A stretch of 64,000 nt of DNA from Chitinophaga pinensis (GCA_945877575.1 CAMDUE010000014.1:5375-69374); one strand, 5' to 3'; positions 49,903 through 59,474 are shown, numbered from the stretch's first letter. Notes: generated by a model from the sequence alone, not told the origin. Numbers and translations are program-made.

Positions 49903-50848
49903 ATCAATAATTATCATTTTTTTCACAGCTATAACAGCGACATTAAATGCCTGTGATATATGTGGCAGCGGACTTCGAGATGCTTCTTTTTCTATGGGAT
50001 ATTTACAAACCATTCCTTCTCATTTTTTGGGTGTTTGGGGAAACTCGCTCGGTTTCAATACCCAAACCGGATATTCCAATGGCACTAAATTCAACGTTTC
50101 TGACAGAATCCTTCAAACAGGCATTGTTTTTAACCAACAAATCAATCAAAAATTACAGATCAATTACCGTCAAGGCATCCAACAGATAAGTAGACACAAC
50201 GAAGACAATGAAAATAAAACCAATACCTATTCGGGTTTATCTGATTTAAGTGTGGCAGTAAATTACACACTAATTGACAGCCGAAAATTCGCCATAAAGA
50301 AAACCAAACAACTGGGTTTAACCTCGTTAAATGTGAAAATACCCAACGGACATTACCAATTGAGAGATGGGTATAAACGAATGCTACCCATGAATTTACA
50401 ACCCGGAAATGGCTCTTATGGAATAGGCGGTCAAGTACTTTATGGTATTTTCAAAAACGGATGGAATTGGAACATGCAACTTTCAGCCTTTTATAATTTT
50501 GAAAATGAACTGAAATACCAACAAGGAGACAATCAAATAATTCGTTCAGGAATTGGAAAAGCCTTCAGCTCTAAAAAAATTATATTCTTGCCTATGCTTG
50601 GATATCAATACCAACAATTTGGACCAGATTTAACCTACCGCGAAAGAGTAACAACTACTGGCGGCAATGTTCAAACCATCTTCATTCAACTGGAGTGGAT
50701 TAGACAAAACTTTTATGGTCGTTTCCAAGGAAACATCCCAGTGAAACAAACCCTTCCTGATTTTGCACCACAATCTACTAACCCAATCATGCTGACTTTG
50801 GGATGGTTGATTAACCAAAATTCAGAGGATATCAAGAGTTTTGATTAA
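49874..50848 (+). CDS. Outer-membrane barrel (MetA-pathway/transporter-like) with N-terminal CxxC
   Basis: Signal TLNA|CDICG; GLSDLSV, VKIPNG, LQPGNGS, Y.QGD; beta strands. Confidence 0.65.
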   Translation: MQKFIPSIHKSIIIIFFTAITATLNACDICGSGLRDASFSMGYLQTIPSHFLGVWGNSLGFNTQTGYSNGTKFNVSDRILQTGIVFNQQINQKLQINYRQGIQQISRHNEDNENKTNTYSGLSDLSVAVNYTLIDSRKFAIKKTKQLGLTSLNVKIPNGHYQLRDGYKRMLPMNLQPGNGSYGIGGQVLYGIFKNGWNWNMQLSAFYNFENELKYQQGDNQIIRSGIGKAFSSKKIIFLPMLGYQYQQFGPDLTYRERVTTTGGNVQTIFIQLEWIRQNFYGRFQGNIPVKQTLPDFAPQSTNPIMLTLGWLINQNSEDIKSFD

Positions 50849-50859
50849 TTTTGCAGAAT

Positions 50860-51420
50860 ATGGCAACGACTCAAGATATTTCTGTTGGGAATTTTATTCG
50901 CTATAACGGAGAATTAGTTCAAATCATTGAATGGCAACACCGTACTCCGGGTAACTTGCGCGCATTCTATCAAGCTAAAATGCGTCGTGTTAAAGACGGC
51001 AAATTAGCAGAAAACCGCTTCAGAAGTGGTGAATCTGTTGAAATAGTGCGTGTTGAAACCCATGAATTGCAGTATTTATATGAAGAGGGCGATGCCTATG
51101 TTTGCATGAATAATGAAACCTATGACCAAATTCCAGTGGCAAAACACCTGTTTGGCGAGGGAGCAAAATTCATGAAAGAGGGAGATACCGTGATGATCGC
51201 TTTCGAAAGCGAAACTCCAATTTCTGCTGAACCCCCAAACTATGCAATTTTGGAAATCACCTACACCGAACCTGGTGTTAAAGGCGATACCGCAACCAAT
51301 ACTCTTAAACAAGCCACAGTGGAAGGCGGTGCTACAGTGATGGTTCCTTTGTTTGTGGATACCGGGGAAAAAATCAGAATTGATACCCGCAACGGATCAT
51401 ACATGGAACGAGTGAAATAA
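50860..51420 (+). CDS. efp: Elongation factor P (TPGNLR loop variant)
   Basis: Start re-called to ATG 50860. QYLY, FMKEG, TEPGVKGDTA, VPLFV..GE.I.IDTR.G.Y.ERVK. Confidence 0.95.
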   Translation: MATTQDISVGNFIRYNGELVQIIEWQHRTPGNLRAFYQAKMRRVKDGKLAENRFRSGESVEIVRVETHELQYLYEEGDAYVCMNNETYDQIPVAKHLFGEGAKFMKEGDTVMIAFESETPISAEPPNYAILEITYTEPGVKGDTATNTLKQATVEGGATVMVPLFVDTGEKIRIDTRNGSYMERVK

Positions 51421-51428
51421 ACAAATTC

Positions 51429-52322
51429 ATGAAATTACTGTCCCCAGAAAAAGCGTTTCTCTCTCCCTCGGAAGAAGCTCTAACGCAACTAGAAAATTCC
51501 AAAATAGCCATACAACTTGTTCCTTACGAACATACCTCTAGTTATATTTCAGGTTCAAACTTAGGTCCTGAAGCCATCATTAATGCCAGCCACTTTGTGG
51601 AATTTTACGATGAAGAATTAGACCGTGAAACGTATAGAAATATTGGCTGCGCCACACTTGAACCTATAGATTTTGGAAATAGCGTTGATGAAGATGCCAT
51701 GAAAATCATCGAAAATCAAACCGATGAGCTTCTCAATCTAAATAAATTTGTAGTTTCTCTTGGCGCCGAACACACTGTAACTAACGGCTTTGTGCGCTCG
51801 CACCTCAAAAAATACCCAAACCTTTCGGTTATTCAAATTGATGCCCATTCAGATTTGCGCGAAGCCTATCAAGGAAATCCTTATTCACATGCTAGTGTGA
51901 TGGCCCGCATTCATGATATGAACGTCAATTTAGTACAAGTGGGTATTCGCGCTCAATGTATAGAAGAAAGCAACCTGATAAAGTCTTCTGATAACATTCA
52001 TACTTGGTATGCACACATGCTTGATGATCAAGACCAATGGATTGATGCTTGCATTGATAAACTTGGCGATCATGTTTATGTTACCATTGATGCTGATGGA
52101 TTTGATCCGTCAGTAGCTCCCGCAGTAGGTACTGCTGAACCCGGCGGATTGACATGGAAACAAGGAAATAAACTTCTTAAGCGCCTATGCGAACGCAAAA
52201 AAATAGTAGGTTTTGATATTGTTGAAATTGCTCCTCGTGAAATTGACCTCATTACAGAATTTACTATGGCAAAATTGTGTTACAAATTCTTGGGATACCT
52301 AGATACCAACAACCAAATTTAA
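51429..52322 (+). CDS. speB: Agmatinase (ureohydrolase family)
   Basis: PYE.TSSY..G...GP, GAEHTVT, DAHSDLR, SHASVM, DADGFDPS, GTAEPGG. Confidence 0.88.
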   Translation: MKLLSPEKAFLSPSEEALTQLENSKIAIQLVPYEHTSSYISGSNLGPEAIINASHFVEFYDEELDRETYRNIGCATLEPIDFGNSVDEDAMKIIENQTDELLNLNKFVVSLGAEHTVTNGFVRSHLKKYPNLSVIQIDAHSDLREAYQGNPYSHASVMARIHDMNVNLVQVGIRAQCIEESNLIKSSDNIHTWYAHMLDDQDQWIDACIDKLGDHVYVTIDADGFDPSVAPAVGTAEPGGLTWKQGNKLLKRLCERKKIVGFDIVEIAPREIDLITEFTMAKLCYKFLGYLDTNNQI

Positions 52323-52336
52323 CCCATTATCAAAGA

Positions 52337-53473
52337 ATGAACGAATCACCCCGTATTTACCTCGATAACGCCGCAACCACTCCTATTGATCCGGTAGTAG
52401 TAGATTCTATGGTAGAAGTAATGAAAAATCATTACGGAAACCCAAGTTCTACCCACGGACATGGTAGAAAAGTAAAAACACTCGTGGAAGAAAGTCGGGG
52501 TAAAGTCGCTTCATTGTTGAATTGCAAACCGTCTGAAATTTTTTTTACTTCTGGCGGCACCGAAGCTGATAACCTAGCCATACGTGGCTCAGTTGCTAAC
52601 TTAGGAATTGATACCATCATTTCATCGCCCATTGAACACCATGCTGTACTGCACACCGTAGAAGAATTGGCACATCAAGGTAAAGTTGAACTTAAAATGG
52701 TGAAGGTTCTTCCTGATGGCCACATTGACATGGAACATCTAAATCAACTTCTTAGTGAATCTGGTAAGTCTTTAGTGAGTCTAATGCACGCCAACAACGA
52801 AATTGGCAACCTGATAGATATTGAAGCGGTTGGTGAACTAGTGCATAAACATGGTGGTGTTTTCCATTGCGATACTGTTCAAACCATGGGACAATACACT
52901 TTTGATCTCAGCAAGAATTATGTTGATTTCATTTGCGGTGCAGCACATAAATTCAATGGCCCTAAAGGGGTTGGATTCATTTACATCAATAAATCAAATC
53001 ACATTTCTCCTCTGATTACAGGAGGGGCACAAGAACGCGAAATGCGCGGCGGAACCGAAAATGTGTACGGAATAGTAGGATTAGCAAAAGCTCTAGAACT
53101 TTCTTACGCCGAAGTTGATGCTAAAAAAGAAAAATTACAAGGCCTAAAAAGGCACATGATTCAACGTCTGAAATCTGAATTTCAAGACATCCAATTCAAT
53201 GGAGATGCCGAAGGGAATTGCCTCTATACCGTATTAAGCGTCTCTTTCCCTCCTACTGAAACCGGAAATTTACTTCTATTTAATTTGGACTTGGTTGGGA
53301 TCTCCTGTTCAGGTGGAAGCGCTTGTTCAAGCGGAGCCACTGGTGGAAGTCATGTAATAAACACCATCCGTCCAAACAACAATCGAACCACCGTCAGATT
53401 CAGTTTTGGTAAGTTCAATACCGTTGAAGACATTGATGTTACCATTGAAAAATTAAAAACTTGGTATAATTAA
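52337..53473 (+). CDS. iscS: Cysteine desulfurase (IscS/NifS group I)
   Basis: Start re-called to MNESPRIYLDNAATTP. GNPSS, FTSGGTE, AHKFNGPKGVG, RGGTEN, SGGSACSSG. Confidence 0.9.
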   Translation: MNESPRIYLDNAATTPIDPVVVDSMVEVMKNHYGNPSSTHGHGRKVKTLVEESRGKVASLLNCKPSEIFFTSGGTEADNLAIRGSVANLGIDTIISSPIEHHAVLHTVEELAHQGKVELKMVKVLPDGHIDMEHLNQLLSESGKSLVSLMHANNEIGNLIDIEAVGELVHKHGGVFHCDTVQTMGQYTFDLSKNYVDFICGAAHKFNGPKGVGFIYINKSNHISPLITGGAQEREMRGGTENVYGIVGLAKALELSYAEVDAKKEKLQGLKRHMIQRLKSEFQDIQFNGDAEGNCLYTVLSVSFPPTETGNLLLFNLDLVGISCSGGSACSSGATGGSHVINTIRPNNNRTTVRFSFGKFNTVEDIDVTIEKLKTWYN

Positions 53474-53474
53474 T

Positions 53475-53900
53475 ATGCCCTTGCTGTATATTACCCGAAA
53501 AGAGCATTTCAATGCCGCTCATCAACTGTGGAACCCACAAATCTCAGATGAAGATAATTTCACCCTTTTCGGTAAATGTGCCAATCCAAATTTCCATGGA
53601 CATAATTTTGATTTATACGTTTGCGTAAAAGGTCAACCAGACCCAGAAACAGGGCTTGTAATGGACCTAAAGAAGTTGAAAATCATTATTAGAGAGCAAG
53701 TAATTGATGATTTAGACCATCAAAATCTAAATTTAGATGTTTCTTGGCTCCAAGGTAAAATGCCCTCTATTGAGAATATTGCCGTGGCTATCTGGAATAG
53801 AATTTCACCTCACCTCCCTGCTGGTGTAGCTCTACATAAAATCACCCTTTGGGAAACACAAAATAATTTTGTGGAATACTTCGGCGATCAAGTTGTATAG
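53475..53900 (+). CDS. queD: 6-carboxytetrahydropterin / 6-pyruvoyl-tetrahydropterin synthase
   Basis: FNAAH, KCANPNFHGHN, DHQNLN, ENIA, LWET. Confidence 0.85.
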   Translation: MPLLYITRKEHFNAAHQLWNPQISDEDNFTLFGKCANPNFHGHNFDLYVCVKGQPDPETGLVMDLKKLKIIIREQVIDDLDHQNLNLDVSWLQGKMPSIENIAVAIWNRISPHLPAGVALHKITLWETQNNFVEYFGDQVV

Positions 53901-54345
53901 CAACAATTGACAAAATATTCAAAGCTAATATTAGAATGACCCAAAAAATATGGGCATTTAATTCATGATTCAAAACGGCAATATTGTTGTTTTTGAATGT
54001 AATATATTGGTACATTAATTTTAAACCAAGTACCACAATAAATACCGAAGATATCATCACAGAATAAACCTGAAATTTGATAAATCTGAACATGAAAATA
54101 GCGGCAAATGACAAACTACCAGACAAAATGAGTAGTATAAAATTCCACCAATAATGTTCAAAGGATAGTATTCCTGATTGTCCAGTAATTGACTCTCCAA
54201 AACTTGACCAAAAAAGAAAAATGGCCTGATATTCGGAGCCATCATTTACGTAGCCAAACTCCGCGTAAATTGGATTAACAACCAAAAGCAAACCACACAT
54301 GGCGAACGATATAAACAGAAATATGGTCTGAATTCGCTGTATCAT
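53842..54345 (-). CDS. DUF4293-like membrane protein
   Basis: MIQRIQTIFL start, AIFMFR...Q, four TM helices. Confidence 0.7.
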   Translation of the reverse strand: MIQRIQTIFLFISFAMCGLLLVVNPIYAEFGYVNDGSEYQAIFLFWSSFGESITGQSGILSFEHYWWNFILLILSGSLSFAAIFMFRFIKFQVYSVMISSVFIVVLGLKLMYQYITFKNNNIAVLNHELNAHIFWVILILALNILSIVAIQLDRRSIPQNYFVFPKG

Positions 54346-55527
54346 CTATTGTAAATTATTACATTTCAAGATAATTCGTATAACTGTTTTGTCAAATGCA
54401 TGACTTTCTTTAACGAAAATCTGCCCTTTGTGGTAATCTTCCACAATTCGCTTTGCAAGTGATAACCCTAAACCCCAACCCCGTTTTTTAGTTGTAAAAC
54501 CTGGCTTAAAAATATCTTTCGTTTGATTTCTTGGGATACCTTTTCCGTTGTCAATAACATCTATAAAAGCCAAATTATTCCTACAATTTACTTCAACCCT
54601 CAAACTTCCTTTCCCCTCCATGGCATCAACACTATTTTTTACAACATTCTCAATTACCCAGTTAAATAAATTCACGTTAATGTTCACCATAACCGGCTTA
54701 GGATATAATTTCCATTGAAAATTTACTGAGTTGCTGATTCGATTTGATAAATACTTCAACGAGGTTTCTAATACTATATTAACATTTGCAATTTCCAAAA
54801 CGGGTGTTGAACCAATTTTTGAAAATCTCTCGGTTATGATTTGCAACCGATCAATGTCTTTTTTCATTTCATCGGCGGCATTGTCAGGAATGATATCATT
54901 TTCTATGCATTCAACCCAACCCATTAAACTACTTATTGGCGTACCCAATTGATGCGCTGTTTCCTTTGCCAAACCCACCCAAACTTGATTTTGCTCACTT
55001 CTGGTTGAAAACGAAAATGCCGAATAACTCACAAATACAAACAATGCAACAATGGCCAAAACTACATACGGATAATATTCTAGTTGCCTCAATACAGAAC
55101 TCTTCCCATAATATACCCGAAATACTGTGTTTTCATCAATGGGAATCAAAATAGGATCATGTTCTGCAGCAAACTCAGCAATCTTCTCTTTTAATGTAGA
55201 TTCAGATATGATTTGTTCTTTTTCTGTTAAATTGATGTATTGAATAATTCTATCTGATTCCGAAACTAAAATAGCTGGAATGGTTTCATTTGACTGAACA
55301 ATCTTCAAATGAAATCCTAAATCGCCTTCGCTATTGGGGTCAGACAATACTCTTTCAGCATCAGCCCAAATTTCCATTTTTTTGGTTTCCTCTACCGCAA
55401 TCTTTTGAACCAATCTTTGAGATAAAAACAAGGTTAAAATACTGATCAATACTGCTAGTAAAAGGAGAATCACTTTAATAAAGCGACGCAACTCATAGGC
55501 ATTAATATTTTTAAACGTGTTAATCAC
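54346..55527 (-). CDS. Sensor histidine kinase (no adjacent response regulator)
   Basis: Two TM helices; ETAHQLGTP H-box, ENVVKNSVDAM, DNGKGI, FKPGFTTK, GWGLGLS. Confidence 0.93.
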   Translation of the reverse strand: MINTFKNINAYELRRFIKVILLLLAVLISILTLFLSQRLVQKIAVEETKKMEIWADAERVLSDPNSEGDLGFHLKIVQSNETIPAILVSESDRIIQYINLTEKEQIISESTLKEKIAEFAAEHDPILIPIDENTVFRVYYGKSSVLRQLEYYPYVVLAIVALFVFVSYSAFSFSTRSEQNQVWVGLAKETAHQLGTPISSLMGWVECIENDIIPDNAADEMKKDIDRLQIITERFSKIGSTPVLEIANVNIVLETSLKYLSNRISNSVNFQWKLYPKPVMVNINVNLFNWVIENVVKNSVDAMEGKGSLRVEVNCRNNLAFIDVIDNGKGIPRNQTKDIFKPGFTTKKRGWGLGLSLAKRIVEDYHKGQIFVKESHAFDKTVIRIILKCNNLQ

Positions 55528-57470
55528 TGATGCTTAAGATAATCCCACAATATTTCTAAATCACGCCATACCTCATAATCTTTAGCGTACAAGTGATTTA
55601 CATCAGCTTCAAATTCTGAACCAGTCCAAACTCCTGCTGAACTAATTACTCCAGGTTTCAAAACGGGCAATTTTTCAGCGCTCAATTGTCCGTGATAACT
55701 TACCCAAGTCATTTTACCTAAAAGCACTTTGGGTATGTATCCAAAAACATATCTCCAACGTGAAGATCTAAACAACGGATATCCCAAAGCTATAGTTGAC
55801 CTTATAATCAACAATACTATCCCTAAAACATCAAAGATTCGCTTCCGACGAAGCATATGATATTCAGACAATTGATATTTTACTTCAAGAGTAAACAGTT
55901 CTCCAGGCTCGTTCTTTGAATCTGATCCAATGATAAACTCACTACTTTCAGGAGCAATTTTAAGCTGAACCTGCTCCTTTGAAAAACCAGACATAGAGTC
56001 CATAATTCTAGAAGCTGATACATCTTTACCGCTAAAAATGATAGAATTTGCTCGGTAAATCTCTACCAACTCATCCAATTGATTAAAACTTCCTAAAAAT
56101 CCGGCCTGCCTATCGACGTTGGGTGTAACGGCACCTAAATAAACATGCGGAACACCGCTCTTATTTAATAAGTCTGTAATGCGCTCTACTTCATTGTTAC
56201 CACCAACCACAAGAATTCTTTTCTCTGTTTTTTTGCCCTGGCTGCCTTTCCATCCCAACAAATCTGCAAAAACTCGAATCATCAACATACCTCCAACTGC
56301 CCAGGCCGAACCCAATCCCAAAATAGCCCTAGAAAACTGCCATTCCTTGGGATAAAATCCATAAATCGCAAACATCAATATACTTCCAATCAATGCTCCT
56401 CGAAACAATCTGTATGGCTTGTAGGGACGATCATATCCGCCCGAAACGTAAACAGCAACCATTGCCACCAAAGCATAAATTGGAATATGAGCCAGATAAT
56501 ATTCATCTGGGTAAAATCCACGTACAAATTTGTGATAGAGCTCCCAATATTTGGCTATTCCATAAAACCCTAAGTAAATGATAATGAAATCAATAGCCGG
56601 AAAAAGCACTTTAGAAACACTCTGAAAAATCAATGCTACAGAAGCCCTTAAATAAATGGCAATTTGTATCCAAAACGAAAACCAACCTGCCATCCGTTTG
56701 GAATAGTGCTTTTTTGCAAAAAGTACCATGGCGTTGTAAAATACTTTTACATAATTGACAGATTTTTTCTTGGTACTTTCACCCTTATAGTGAATGATGG
56801 TAGTATCAGCAAAATAAACATTCTTATACCCACCCAATATGATTCGGTAAGACAAATCAATGTCTTCACCATACATGAAGAATTGTTCGTCTAAAAGCCC
56901 AACTTTTTCGAGCATTTCACCTCTCATCATCATAAAAGCGCCGGCCAAAATTTCCACTTCATGGGTTTCAAATTCAGACAAATACTTCATGTGGTAACGA
57001 CCAAAATATTTAGATTTCGGAAACAAAGAAGCCAAACCCGTCATCTTAAAAAATGCCACTGAAGGTGTTGGAAGGCCGCGCTTACTTTCTGGTAAAAATT
57101 GACCTTTTCCATCAATCATTCGAACTCCAAGTCCGCCAACGCTTGGGTTTGCATCTAAATAGTCAATGCACTTTACGAATGTATCTTCTTGAAGAACCGT
57201 ATCTGGGTTTAATAACAAAGAATATTTCGCATTACTCTGCCTCAGAGCCTGATTATTAGCCCTTGAAAAACCGACATTCTCATGGTTTTCGATCAATTTC
57301 ACCCAAGGAAATTTCTCCTTTACCATTTCAATGCTCCCGTCAACGCTGTTGTTATCAACCACCCATGTTTCTACAGTCAAGCCTTTTGAAGCAACCTCTA
57401 CGCTCAATAATACTTGTTCTAAGAAGTGCTTAACATTATAATTTACGATGACTACGGAAAGTTGATTCAT
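55524..57470 (-). CDS. GT2 glycosyltransferase with TM region and CoA-binding/sugar-transferase-like C-terminus
   Basis: SVVIVNYN, VDNNSVDGS, NVGFSRANN, LLNPD, FFMYGEDID, HYKGESTKK, KRIFD. Confidence 0.88.
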   Translation of the reverse strand: MNQLSVVIVNYNVKHFLEQVLLSVEVASKGLTVETWVVDNNSVDGSIEMVKEKFPWVKLIENHENVGFSRANNQALRQSNAKYSLLLNPDTVLQEDTFVKCIDYLDANPSVGGLGVRMIDGKGQFLPESKRGLPTPSVAFFKMTGLASLFPKSKYFGRYHMKYLSEFETHEVEILAGAFMMMRGEMLEKVGLLDEQFFMYGEDIDLSYRIILGGYKNVYFADTTIIHYKGESTKKKSVNYVKVFYNAMVLFAKKHYSKRMAGWFSFWIQIAIYLRASVALIFQSVSKVLFPAIDFIIIYLGFYGIAKYWELYHKFVRGFYPDEYYLAHIPIYALVAMVAVYVSGGYDRPYKPYRLFRGALIGSILMFAIYGFYPKEWQFSRAILGLGSAWAVGGMLMIRVFADLLGWKGSQGKKTEKRILVVGGNNEVERITDLLNKSGVPHVYLGAVTPNVDRQAGFLGSFNQLDELVEIYRANSIIFSGKDVSASRIMDSMSGFSKEQVQLKIAPESSEFIIGSDSKNEPGELFTLEVKYQLSEYHMLRRKRIFDVLGIVLLIIRSTIALGYPLFRSSRWRYVFGYIPKVLLGKMTWVSYHGQLSAEKLPVLKPGVISSAGVWTGSEFEADVNHLYAKDYEVWRDLEILWDYLKHQ

Positions 57471-57482
57471 GATTAACAGAGA

Positions 57483-58094
57483 TTATACAGAATAATGAGT
57501 GCGTTGCAGTAAGCTCCTACCTAATGTGATTTCATCTACATATTCTAATTCTCCACCTACCGATATTCCGCGAGCTATACTGCTCACCGGTACTTCAAAT
57601 TCTTGCAATTTTTTAGCAATGTAGTACATTGTAGTATCACCTTCCACTGTTGCACTTAACGCCAAAATAACCTCAGATATTCCACCTTGGGTACTTGAAA
57701 TACGTTCAAATAAAGATTGCAGATTTAAATCTGATGGACCTACTCCGTCCATGGGAGAAATCAACCCACCTAAAACATGGTATTCCCCTTTGAATTGCGA
57801 TGTAGCCTCTATGGCCATCAAGTCACTAAAATCTTCCACTACACAGATTACTTCTTTCTGTCTCTGAGGATCAGAACAAATACTGCAATACTCAAAATCA
57901 CTTACTGTTCCGCAATTATTGCAAAACTTTAAATCGGTTTTTAGTCGCAAAATTCTTTCAGATATGGAAGCTACTTCTAACTCAGGTCTCTTTAACAAAT
58001 ACATCGCCATTCGCAAGGCAGTTCGCTTGCCAATTCCGGGAAATGAGGATAAAGCATCAACCGCTTTTTCAACAATATCGGATGTAAATTGCAT
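57483..58094 (-). CDS. recR: Recombination mediator RecR
   Basis: PGIGKRTALR, C4 zinc finger, ICVVE, YHVLGG.ISP, EGDTT, LEYVDEITL. Confidence 0.97.
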   Translation of the reverse strand: MQFTSDIVEKAVDALSSFPGIGKRTALRMAMYLLKRPELEVASISERILRLKTDLKFCNNCGTVSDFEYCSICSDPQRQKEVICVVEDFSDLMAIEATSQFKGEYHVLGGLISPMDGVGPSDLNLQSLFERISSTQGGISEVILALSATVEGDTTMYYIAKKLQEFEVPVSSIARGISVGGELEYVDEITLGRSLLQRTHYSV

Positions 58095-58099
58095 TCGTG

Positions 58100-58140
58100 C
58101 GAATTTAAGTCAAACTAAAGGTTATTTGTAACTAACTTTG
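58100..58140. promoter_or_regulatory. Divergent -7 boxes for recR (TAAATTCG, minus, 58107-58100) and panD (TAACTTTG, plus, 58133-58140)
   Basis: Motif matches 5 and 6 nt upstream of the respective ATGs. Confidence 0.6.
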
Positions 58141-58146
58141 CGCCAA

Positions 58147-58494
58147 ATGTATATTGAAGTCCTACAAGCTAAAATACACAATGTTCGCCTGACCCAAACC
58201 GAACTAAACTACACTGGGAGTATCACCATTGATATGAATTTGGTTGATGCCGCAGGAATGATCCCCAATCAAAAAGTATTGATTGTAAACAACAACAACG
58301 GCGAACGCTTTGAAACCTACATCATTGAAGGTGAAAGAGGAAGCGGCATTATTGGACTCAACGGTGCAGCTGCTAGAAAAGGACAAGTAGGTGACGAACT
58401 CATCATAATGACTTTTGTTTCAATGTCTATTGAAGAGGCAAAAAAACACCAACCCAACAACATCTTCCCTGATCGCAACAACCAATTGATCTAA
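58147..58494 (+). CDS. panD: Aspartate 1-decarboxylase
   Basis: AKIH, YTG|SITID autocleavage site, NGERFETY, NGAAAR. Confidence 0.96.
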   Translation: MYIEVLQAKIHNVRLTQTELNYTGSITIDMNLVDAAGMIPNQKVLIVNNNNGERFETYIIEGERGSGIIGLNGAAARKGQVGDELIIMTFVSMSIEEAKKHQPNNIFPDRNNQLI

Positions 58495-59474
58495 TGAAAA
58501 TTAGCAAACACCTGTTTACTCGAGCTTTAATGATCATTTTTGCCATTGGAGTTTTTGTATACATTGGTGTTGAAACTAATTGGGTCGAAACTTGGAAAGC
58601 CGTCAAATCTGCAAACTACCTGTATATCCTGCTGGCAATTATCCTTATGACCACCGCCCATTACTTGAGAGGTGCTCGTTGGGATCAACTTAGCAGAGCC
58701 GCCGGATATCCCATCAATCATAGACGCGCTTTTTATTCAGTCATGTCTGGCTATCTAGTGAACGTGGCTACCTCTAGAGGTGGCGAAGTGGTTCGTTGCG
58801 CACTAACTGCAAAAAGCGAAAAAGCCCCTATCGAAACCTTAGTTGGAACCGTCATCACTGAACGAATCATTGATTTGGTGATCATGCTTTTCATGGCCGC
58901 ATTGGCCTTGATGTTACAGTTTGATGTACTCTATCAATTTGCTGAACCTTATGTGATTAAGCCCTTATTTAACAATGGCGCTTACATTTTGTTAGCCCTC
59001 ATTCTTACTGCAACGGCTCTTTATTTTTGGAGAAAATTCACCGCGAAAAAAGACAAAAAAGAAGGCGGACTCATTCAAAAATTATTGCACGGCATCAACA
59101 GCGCATTCGAACTCGAAAATAAGGCCAAATTTATTTCCTATTCATTTGCCATTTGGTTTGCCTATTGGGTATCCCTATATTTCCAATTACAGGCACTTGA
59201 AATGACCCATCACTTCACATTGTTCAACGCTCTAGCTATTCTTATTTTTTCTTCATTAGGAGTAATCATTCCCGTACCGGGCGGCGCAGGCGTTTGGTAT
59301 TCCATTGCCTACGGACTCACACTCGTTTATGGACTTCCACAGGAATCTGCCAAAACCTTTGGTATTTTCACTGTGGCCTTTTCCAATATTTTCCACCTCC
59401 TTTTAGGCGGTATTTCCTACGGATTGCTTTTCTTTGAAATGCAATCCAATGAAAAATCAGAATCCAGCATCTAA
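58494..59474 (+). CDS. Lysylphosphatidylglycerol-synthase TM / flippase-like membrane protein
   Basis: LRGARW, GYLVN...RGGEVVR, GTVITERIID, PVPGGAG. Confidence 0.85.
   Translation: MKISKHLFTRALMIIFAIGVFVYIGVETNWVETWKAVKSANYLYILLAIILMTTAHYLRGARWDQLSRAAGYPINHRRAFYSVMSGYLVNVATSRGGEVVRCALTAKSEKAPIETLVGTVITERIIDLVIMLFMAALALMLQFDVLYQFAEPYVIKPLFNNGAYILLALILTATALYFWRKFTAKKDKKEGGLIQKLLHGINSAFELENKAKFISYSFAIWFAYWVSLYFQLQALEMTHHFTLFNALAILIFSSLGVIIPVPGGAGVWYSIAYGLTLVYGLPQESAKTFGIFTVAFSNIFHLLLGGISYGLLFFEMQSNEKSESSI

Noticed and set aside
47654-50848. Methanobactin or RiPP biosynthetic cluster with the Cys-rich ORF as precursor
   Set aside because: No MbnB/MbnC or other maturase is present, and the ORF is 134 aa with a membrane segment, unlike short MbnA peptides.
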